A stretch of DNA of 23,778 nt, taken from NCBI GenBank assembly GCA_048881705.1, contig JBHLSH010000060.1, positions 1-23,778 of the forward strand. The letters are read 5' to 3'. A model generated the notes under the pieces. That model worked only from the letters and a program-made list of their open reading frames with translations, did not search any database and had not been told where the DNA came from. Shown here piece by piece: positions 17,754 through 23,778 of this stretch (positions are counted from its first letter, which is position 1; every line of letters begins with the position of its first letter). Both the position numbers and the translations under genes were made by a program. This stretch comes from Candidatus Heimdallarchaeota archaeon. GTDB lineage: Archaea > Asgardarchaeota > Heimdallarchaeia > Hodarchaeales > Hodarchaeaceae.

Positions 17754-18120
17754 AATTTGCATGATACTTAGCTTTTTTCGGCCTAGATGATCAGGTTTCT
17801 TGAAGTAAGTATTTGGGGGGCTTTCACACAGGTTTGGAGGTTGTGTATTAAGGATTTTTCCTGTTTGCAACAGACATTTTTCTATTTTGCGCAATAATGT
17901 GTAAATATGAGTCAATTTATTGCCATGAGGCAGTACTGCGGAAGTGGGAGGATAGGATTTCGGGGGTACTAGTCCAAGGGGAACGCAGAATATAAACAGA
18001 TAGGGGACCAAGGCCTGATCCACGGATTTACTTTGACAGAACCCGAATGTTCCCTATTCAAAGACGTTGATATTTCAATGTAAATACAAAGGCTTTTGTA
18101 AGATCGATACCTCACATTTG

Positions 18121-18158
18121 ATTTAAACAAATTTGACAAAATAAGGATGTAAAAATTT
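18121..18158 (+). promoter_or_regulatory. Promoter/leader of paralog 1: ATTTAAA 38 nt upstream of the ATG plus AATAAGGATGTAA
   Basis: Both motifs recur at identical distances before paralog 2. Confidence 0.7.
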
Positions 18159-18614
18159 ATGGCAGCTATTAAGGAAATAATATATGGCATGATAGGGGGA
18201 ATTATCGGCGGTCTTGCCATGGTCGGCGTCGATTTAACGATGGGAATGGATGATTTGTATATAGATTGGCTACCTAGAGTGATAGGAATGACACCTAGCG
18301 CAGATAACCTTATTATCGGATTAGCTATGCATCTGGGCATCGCTGTGATATACGGCGCCTTCTTCGCAATTCTATTTGACCTTCTGGGCCGTGAGGATAC
18401 AATTGTGAATGGGCTGGCCTGGGGAATAATCTATGGTGTAGTTCTTGTGATCCTGGCCGCTATCGGTTTTATGTTCATTATTCCTGCGGTTATTTCTGGA
18501 TTTCCCACAATAATCGATCTAGCAAATCCAAACCTAATGATGATTGCAGGTATGGCCGCAGTTCACATATTGTATGGCGCTATTACTGGCTTAATATATG
18601 TGATATTTAGATAA
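18159..18614 (+). CDS. Small 4-TM Gly-rich membrane protein with two conserved His (DUF6789/DUF1440-like), paralog 1
   Basis: Four hydrophobic helices with HLGIAVIYG and HILYG motifs. Clearly homologous to 19083..19577 (shared FDLLGREDT, NLIIG, GMAA-H). Confidence 0.85.
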   Translation: MAAIKEIIYGMIGGIIGGLAMVGVDLTMGMDDLYIDWLPRVIGMTPSADNLIIGLAMHLGIAVIYGAFFAILFDLLGREDTIVNGLAWGIIYGVVLVILAAIGFMFIIPAVISGFPTIIDLANPNLMMIAGMAAVHILYGAITGLIYVIFR

Positions 18615-18631
18615 GTTGGATTTACCATGTT

Positions 18632-18650
18632 GGATTTGTTCACAAATTCC
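18632..18650 (+). terminator. Imperfect hairpin after paralog 1
   Basis: GGATTTG-TTCA-CAAATTCC followed by a pyrimidine-rich tract. It resembles the hairpin after paralog 2. Confidence 0.4.
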
Positions 18651-19044
18651 TTCTCCTAGTTATTTCAAATTGTGGGTCGCACTTCAGTTCCCTAATAACC
18701 CGCTATCAAGCCATATATTGTATACCAGTCTGCAATAAGAACGATAAATCTTCCGAATGATCAATCTTTTCCTCACCTATACTGCATCCATCCGACCAAA
18801 CCTGTAATAACACAATCTGTTGGGGCCACGTATCGTTTAGGGTCTTTCCTATACCCTTTGAGAAAAATCGGCCTTGCAGAGCGGGCCAGGCAATCGAACA
18901 CACGAAGGAAGCCAGGGATAACCTGATTCAAATAACAATCTAGACTTGGTTTGAGGATTGGATTTCGAAGTAATATTTATAAACAGATGGGGTGTATAAT
19001 TCTACCCAAGTGCCTGAAAGATGCACTAGTTACTTTCGAATATA

Positions 19045-19082
19045 ATTTAAATCAGTGAAATGTAATAAGGATGTAAGAAATT
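19045..19082 (+). promoter_or_regulatory. Promoter/leader of paralog 2: ATTTAAA 38 nt upstream of the ATG plus AATAAGGATGTAA
   Basis: ATTTAAA at 19045-19051 and AATAAGGATGTAA at 19064-19076, with the same spacing as in paralog 1. Confidence 0.7.
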
Positions 19083-19577
19083 ATGGCAGGTATTAAAGAA
19101 ATTCTTTACGGCATAATAGGAGGATTTATTGGAGGTATTGCCATGGCAGGTGGCGTCATTGGAATGGACGCCATGCTAGCAACCAATATGGATGCACTGT
19201 TTACGGATTGGATACCCCGGGTTATAGACAACTTTCTACCAGGGATAGTACAGACACCACCTGATGACGCCAATCTCATTATAGGAATAGCAGTGCATTT
19301 GGTTATTTCCATTATTTATGGCGGAATCTTCGCGATTGTATTTGACCTTCTAGGCCGCGAAGATACATTTGGGAACGGACTAATATGGGGAATAATTTGG
19401 GGTATCGTAGTCCTGATCCTCGCGGTTGTTGGCTTTATGCTTTTGCCTTCAATTGTATCAGGGTTTCCCGATGTGGTTACCATGCTTATGAATGACTTGG
19501 TAATGCTCGGGGGTATGGCGGCTGGCCATATTGTCTTTGGTGCCCTTACCGGTATAGTGTACGTCATCCTTAAGTGA
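19083..19577 (+). CDS. Small 4-TM Gly-rich membrane protein with two conserved His, paralog 2
   Basis: HLVISIIYG and HIVFG motifs. Roughly half of residues are identical to paralog 1 by eye, with two short insertions. Confidence 0.85.
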   Translation: MAGIKEILYGIIGGFIGGIAMAGGVIGMDAMLATNMDALFTDWIPRVIDNFLPGIVQTPPDDANLIIGIAVHLVISIIYGGIFAIVFDLLGREDTFGNGLIWGIIWGIVVLILAVVGFMLLPSIVSGFPDVVTMLMNDLVMLGGMAAGHIVFGALTGIVYVILK

Positions 19578-19594
19578 AAATGGCCAACCTAATT

Positions 19595-19632
19595 GGATTT
19601 CTTATCGAAATCCCTCTCTTTTCTTTTTTTTT
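19595..19632 (+). terminator. Hairpin plus T-tract terminator between paralog 2 and convergent kynU
   Basis: GGATTTC-TTATC-GAAATCC (7-bp stem) followed by CTCTCTTTTCTTTTTTTTT. Confidence 0.7.
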
Positions 19633-19634
19633 GC

Positions 19635-20882
19635 CTAAGATTCTTCCAAGATTTCCTTGATCATCGATACACATTTCCATATATCAGTATACGAGGTATA
19701 TAAAGGATGTGGGGCAATTCTAAGAACATTCGGTGGCCTATAATCAGTCATTATCCCTCGAGTTTGAAGTATTTGCTGTAATTCCTTTGCTTTCGGGTGT
19801 TCCAAAGATACATGTCCTGTCCGTTTCTCTATGTCGCGGGGTGTTCCAACGTTAACCCGGGATTCTCCTCTGGATAGAAATTGGTCTACCAGGTAGATCA
19901 AGTAAGACGTTATTTTTGATGATTTATTGCGTATTGCAAGGATTCCAGCTTCAAGCGTAACTTCTAGTGTACCTTTCAGGGCAGCTGAAGGTAGAATATT
20001 CCCTGACATTTGCCACCCTCCGGCTCCAAGGGCATGTTGGAAATCTATGTTGAGCTCAAATTGACGATCCTTCTCGTAACCAAACCATCCAGCTAGCCCA
20101 GGTACCTTGTTAAAGTGCCGCTTGTTTATGTAGATAAATGCAGTAGCCCCTGGGCCAGCATTTAAATATTTATACCCGCACCAAACTGCAAAATCTACCA
20201 TCCATTCATCAAAAAAGTGCGGAACAACCCCTACAGAGTGCGAACAGTCGAAGCCAATTGGTATCTCCCGCTTATGTGCTTCTCGGGTTAGAAAGCGAAC
20301 ATCCAACAGCTGCCCACTTCGGTATAAAGCAGAAGGTAAAAAAATCAACGCGATTTCATTTGTCATCAGTTCTACGATCTGAGATTCATCTAGATATCTG
20401 CCATCCGACGGTGCAAGGACTAAATGTTGATCAGGGGGCAATCCTGCTAGCCTAATTTGACTTTGTAGGGCATAAAGATCAGTTGGAAAGGTTAATGGAT
20501 CTGCAAGGATCTTAGTACGTTTTCCTGAGGGGTGGTAAAACGTACTGACTACAGAGTGTACATTCATTGTCGTAGTCCCTGTAGCCACTACTTCTGTTGG
20601 TTCGGCTCCGACCAGGGGCGCCCCCAAGGCGCCAAGGTTTTCCCCGTAATAAAACCAGGGGTCTTCGTCTTTCCACCAACCACCAATACCCATGGTTTTC
20701 CATTCATCTATAACGCGTAAAAGTGAGATTTCAGCATCCCTGGAAAGAAGGCCGAGCGAATTTCCTAATAAGTAGATAGGATACTCTTTTGGTACATAAA
20801 ACCGATTTCGAAACATCCTCAGAGGATCATTCATGTCTAGGTTCTTTGCAAATTCATGTGTCGTGTCAAACTCGTACGCCAT
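19635..20882 (-). CDS. kynU: Kynureninase (PLP-dependent), 415 aa
   Basis: YLLGNSLGL, FPTDLYA, FDCSHSVG (PLP-binding Asp), WCGYKYLNAGPG (PLP Lys), LAGWFG and the C-terminal DYRPPNVLRIAP are all typical of KynU. Confidence 0.95.
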   Translation of the reverse strand: MAYEFDTTHEFAKNLDMNDPLRMFRNRFYVPKEYPIYLLGNSLGLLSRDAEISLLRVIDEWKTMGIGGWWKDEDPWFYYGENLGALGAPLVGAEPTEVVATGTTTMNVHSVVSTFYHPSGKRTKILADPLTFPTDLYALQSQIRLAGLPPDQHLVLAPSDGRYLDESQIVELMTNEIALIFLPSALYRSGQLLDVRFLTREAHKREIPIGFDCSHSVGVVPHFFDEWMVDFAVWCGYKYLNAGPGATAFIYINKRHFNKVPGLAGWFGYEKDRQFELNIDFQHALGAGGWQMSGNILPSAALKGTLEVTLEAGILAIRNKSSKITSYLIYLVDQFLSRGESRVNVGTPRDIEKRTGHVSLEHPKAKELQQILQTRGIMTDYRPPNVLRIAPHPLYTSYTDIWKCVSMIKEILEES

Positions 20883-20909
20883 AAGATTAAACCCACGAAA
20901 TTAAGTCTT

Positions 20910-20917
20910 TATATAAA
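20910..20917 (-). promoter_or_regulatory. TATA box for kynU (probably leaderless or short leader)
   Basis: Minus-strand TTTATATA lies 28-35 nt upstream of ATG 20882. Confidence 0.55.
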
Positions 20918-21146
20918 CACGTATTTTAAAACAGAACTTTAAAGAGGTTTTTCTGTTTAAGAGACTTCATGATGTACATTGGCATAATATCTGATCGATT
21001 AGGTAGAATAATCCAATTTGGAAGGAATAAGACTGTCACAGCGGAACCTCAGATCTATAAACCGTGAAAAACAAAAGGATACTTTACTCTGTCCCTAGAT
21101 TCAAGGTATGATTCAATATCTTTTTAAATTCCCTGACTGTTAGAGA

Positions 21147-21176
21147 TTTATATTCGACATTAAGACCAGTAGGTGA
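21147..21176 (+). promoter_or_regulatory. TATA-like TTTATA (21147-21152) and GGTGA ribosome-binding motif (21172-21176) for the 7-TM gene
   Basis: Both motifs are seen directly upstream of ATG 21181. Confidence 0.5.
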
Positions 21177-21180
21177 TATC

Positions 21181-21981
21181 ATGGCGGTAACTCAGTTTGA
21201 CACCCCTCAGGAACTATTAGGAGTAGTTTTTGTTATTATAGCTGTAATTCTCTTTTTGCTGTTAGGAGTTTCCCTCTTCCTGAGCTATAGAAGATCAAGA
21301 CGACGGTCTACCCTGTATATTAGTCTAATATTATTATTTGGAGCAGGAGCACTTGTCTCCCTTGTATTGGAACAGGTGATTTTGATTGCATCGGATGTTA
21401 CTCAGGCCGACGCACCAACTCTGAAAGCTTTTTGGCAATATGGTTTAGATGAAATTTCTACTTTTTGGATTGCGTATGCATTCGCCATATTGGCCTGGAT
21501 TACCTCTGCCTCAGCGGTTCTATCTGGAGTCTTTTTTACGCAGAGTTTTTTTCCAGAAGACAGCTTTTTTGCCAAAAAATGGCTTTTGACTGTTCCTACG
21601 CTAATGCTGATTTTATATGTTCTAACTCTCGCTTATGCACCATTCGAGTGGATTGAAGTCGCTGGTGACTGGCAACCGACTCATGAGGCTACATTTGTAC
21701 TTATTGCCTACATCCTGTTATTTCCGAACTTATGGATGATTGTACTCCTTTTTCTATATCTAACGTTTAGTTTATTTAGACGCGGAACTCCCCGTTGGAA
21801 ACAGACACTGGTTCTTGCACTCGGTCAGTTTTTCCTATCTCTTGGCTATACAGTGGAAATTGTCAATGTTCCAGATCCAACGATTTCCTTGATTGCACGC
21901 GCAGTTATTGCGATGTATCCTATCGTAATGTATTTTGGTTTTACGCCACCAAACTGGTTTAAGAGGTTTATCGGGGTTTGA
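21181..21981 (+). CDS. Stand-alone 7-TM membrane protein (HisKA_7TM/receptor-like), 266 aa
   Basis: Seven hydrophobic segments counted. The basic loop YRRSRRRS after TM1 indicates N-out topology. The C-terminus is YFGFTPPNWFKRF and no fused enzymatic domain is present. Confidence 0.8.
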   Translation: MAVTQFDTPQELLGVVFVIIAVILFLLLGVSLFLSYRRSRRRSTLYISLILLFGAGALVSLVLEQVILIASDVTQADAPTLKAFWQYGLDEISTFWIAYAFAILAWITSASAVLSGVFFTQSFFPEDSFFAKKWLLTVPTLMLILYVLTLAYAPFEWIEVAGDWQPTHEATFVLIAYILLFPNLWMIVLLFLYLTFSLFRRGTPRWKQTLVLALGQFFLSLGYTVEIVNVPDPTISLIARAVIAMYPIVMYFGFTPPNWFKRFIGV

Positions 21982-22028
21982 ACCAAACTCTAGTCCATTT
22001 ATTTTCCTGATAACAGGAGGAATCAACA

Positions 22029-22955
22029 ATATTCCGTAAGAAAAAGCCCACCGAAGTCGAACTACTGAGAAACGAATTGAATCAACGTATTAAGGCGCTC
22101 CAGGAATCCATTGAGGATGTTGCATCCCGGACTACCGAGCTGAACCAGAAATTGGAAAATCGGAGCGTAGAATTCCGATCCAATACTTCGAAGGAATTCA
22201 AACAGGCTCTCGATGATGCTCAATTAAATCTAGAGAAGTTTAGTCTGGAACTCAATAATCAAATACTCGAGCTCTCAGATCGGGTGGAAACTATTTCACG
22301 AAACAGTGCCAACTGGTCTTTTGCTGTCAATGAACAGATTGAAGAGTTCCGTAAACAGTATGTTGACGTGTTGGAAGATCTACGCCAGGCAAAGCATATA
22401 GCTGTGGAGAAGGAAAAGATCTTAACCGATAAGTATGAGGCCCTCGTACAGCAGTTGAAAGAAAAAGAATCGATTTCGCTAGAAAAAGAAACTTTCTCTC
22501 AAAAACAAATCGAAAACCTTCAAGGAGAAATTGATCAACGTAAGCTCGAATTGGAAAGAGTGAGAGCAAGACTTGCGGAATTACAGCCACTTTTCCAAGA
22601 AAAAACAGAGCTAGAACAGAAAGCGGCTGCTCTTGAGTCTGAGGTGGGTCGCTTGCGAGAAGAAAACGAAATGCAAAAATACGAGCTTGAGCGTACGAAA
22701 ACCCAGATCAAGACTTTGAACGAAGAAACGAGCCGTGATTATGCGAGTAGCAAGGTTCTAAAAAGATTTTTGGGTGAATCGGAATCTGGACGTGTTCTGA
22801 ATCAGCTTCTTAACATGGAAGAGACTTCAATAGATGATATTGCAGCCATGACGGGGATTTCCACCTACAACGTGCAACAAGTGGTTCATCGCTTCAGAGA
22901 CATGGGTATTGCCCACTATGATGACGGAACTCGACGGGTTCGATTAATAGACTGA
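22029..22955 (+). CDS. Long coiled-coil protein with C-terminal winged HTH (~308 aa), probable ATA start
   Basis: Heptad-rich E/K/Q/L sequence of ~240 aa, then the wHTH-like RVLNQLLNMEETSIDDIAAMTGISTYNVQQVVHRFRDMGIAHYDDGTRRVRL. The frame is open back to TAA 22011, and AGGAGG (22015-22020) lies 8 nt before ATA 22029. The track start is TTG 22077. Confidence 0.75.
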   Translation: MFRKKKPTEVELLRNELNQRIKALQESIEDVASRTTELNQKLENRSVEFRSNTSKEFKQALDDAQLNLEKFSLELNNQILELSDRVETISRNSANWSFAVNEQIEEFRKQYVDVLEDLRQAKHIAVEKEKILTDKYEALVQQLKEKESISLEKETFSQKQIENLQGEIDQRKLELERVRARLAELQPLFQEKTELEQKAAALESEVGRLREENEMQKYELERTKTQIKTLNEETSRDYASSKVLKRFLGESESGRVLNQLLNMEETSIDDIAAMTGISTYNVQQVVHRFRDMGIAHYDDGTRRVRLID

Positions 22956-23087
22956 ACTCCCTACCTTTGGAAAGCTGTTCGGTCCTTCTCAGTGAAGTAG
23001 TAACCTAGTTTCTCTACTCTACCGACTCGATATCAATAAGAGCGTTTGAACATTGAACTAGGGGGTCTTTGAACACCGGAATTAGGG

Positions 23088-23778
23088 TCAATTACTCCCA
23101 TAATTCTTCTTCATTTCAGCTCGAGAAATAACGATCCGTTGTACCTCATTAGTTCCCTCGTAAATAGGAGTTATCCTGGCATCCCGATAGTAACGCTCGA
23201 CATCATAGTCGCGTATGTAGCCATAGCCACCATGAAGCTGGATTGCTTCGTAGGTCACTTTTTGAGCGATTTCAGACCCGTAGAGTTTGGCGATACTGGC
23301 ATATTCACTGAAATCCATTTTATGATCTTTCATTCGGGCAGCGGATAGATAGGCTAATCTAGCTGTATGGATCTGAGCGAACATATCCGCAAGCTTGAAT
23401 TGTGTAATCTGAAAGCTTTCTAAGGGACGTCCGAACTGCTTGCGAGTTTTAACATAGCTAGCAGACTTGCGGTAGGCCGCGTCTGCAATCCCCACTCCTT
23501 GGGCTCCTATTCCAATACGAGCTGCTGATAATTCATACAGGACGATGCTAAATCCCCTGTTAATCTCTCCCAATAGATTTGCTTTTGGTATTACGGCATC
23601 TTCCAACAGGATTTCTCCAGTTGCATTACTGTGCAAACCTAATTTTTCTTCAATTCGTGTAATTCTTGCCCCTTTATTATCATCGGTATCGAGAATGAAT
23701 GCTGTTAGGCCTTTACTTCCTTTTTCAGGGTCGGTAGACGCCAGAAAGATAAAGGTGTTCGCAATTCCACTGTTAGAT
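23088..23778 (-). CDS. Acyl-CoA dehydrogenase (short-chain/butyryl-CoA type), 5'-truncated
   Basis: The frame is open to the window edge (SNSGIANTFIFLA...KLGLHSNATGEILLED). Motifs RKQFGRPL, FQITQFKLADM, QLHGGYGY, ERYYRDARITPIYEGTNEVQR (catalytic Glu in YEG). Confidence 0.95.
   Translation of the reverse strand, partial: SNSGIANTFIFLASTDPEKGSKGLTAFILDTDDNKGARITRIEEKLGLHSNATGEILLEDAVIPKANLLGEINRGFSIVLYELSAARIGIGAQGVGIADAAYRKSASYVKTRKQFGRPLESFQITQFKLADMFAQIHTARLAYLSAARMKDHKMDFSEYASIAKLYGSEIAQKVTYEAIQLHGGYGYIRDYDVERYYRDARITPIYEGTNEVQRIVISRAEMKKNYGSN

Noticed and set aside
17715-18340. Minus-strand ORFs 17715..18023 and 17969..18340
   Set aside because: They overlap better-supported plus-strand genes and have no recognisable features.
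18706-18903. 65 aa minus-strand ORF between the two paralogs
   Set aside because: It has a GTG start, no recognisable motif or ribosome-binding site, and none of the three minus-strand frames resembled a known family.
16252-21170. Identical 10-mer TAAGACCAGT in two intergenic regions (~16252 and 21161)
   Set aside because: A few 10-mer matches are expected by chance in this much AT-rich intergenic DNA, and the contexts differ.
21880-21981. Rhodopsin interpretation of the 7-TM protein (SLIAR resembles heliorhodopsin SLVAK)
   Set aside because: There is no Lys in TM7, no RYxDW-like helix C motif, and the predicted N-out topology is opposite to heliorhodopsins. A Lys-less opsin relative cannot be fully excluded without a structure search.
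21976-21988. GTTTG-AAC-CAAAC mini-hairpin at the 7-TM stop with the same outer arms as the 22-bp palindromes
   Set aside because: The arms are only 5 bp, too short to distinguish from chance.
47-23348. Remaining short ORFs in the track (antisense or alternate frame inside the genes above)
   Set aside because: They are shadows of well-supported genes with no motifs or translation signals.
23088-23778. Glutaryl-CoA dehydrogenase linked to Trp catabolism with kynU
   Set aside because: The C-terminal motif YEGTNEVQR fits generic short-chain ACADs rather than the YEGTHDIH type I recall for GCDH. Substrate cannot be assigned.
1-23778. Mobile elements, integrases, tRNA/rRNA genes
   Set aside because: No transposase or integrase motifs, terminal repeats or recognisable structural RNA sequences were seen.

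Overview
Gene-dense chromosomal segment with no visible mobile element, CRISPR array, rRNA or tRNA. Archaeal signals (GGTGA ribosome-binding motifs, TTTAAA/TTTATA TATA boxes, oligo-T terminators, a PGF-CTERM-like tail) and a eukaryote-like longin/uDENN domain suggest an Asgard archaeon, probably Heimdallarchaeia/Hodarchaeales-like. This taxonomy is inferred, not database-checked. Gene order: (1) a 5'-truncated giant surface protein of more than 2463 aa with 17 tandem cadherin/Ig-like repeats, one TM helix and a cytoplasmic SMCR8/folliculin-like longin domain; (2) a tldD-tldE(pmbA) pair; (3) a wHTH regulator fused to a Yip1-like membrane domain; (4) a ~1013 aa secreted Ig/CARDB-like protein with a Thr-rich linker and PGF-TM-basic tail, divergent from (5) a CPBP intramembrane protease whose promoter carries a 22-bp inverted repeat; (6) divergent HAD and LMW-PTP-like phosphatases; (7) two tandem paralogous 4-TM proteins with conserved promoters; (8) kynureninase; (9) a stand-alone 7-TM protein followed by a coiled-coil/wHTH protein that probably starts at ATA; (10) a 5'-truncated acyl-CoA dehydrogenase. 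The best candidate for a new system is the giant adhesin-like receptor. Its cytoplasmic longin domain keeps the EARG motif that carries the GAP arginine finger in SMCR8 and folliculin, which would link cell-surface adhesion to small-GTPase control. All family assignments come from motif recognition by eye.
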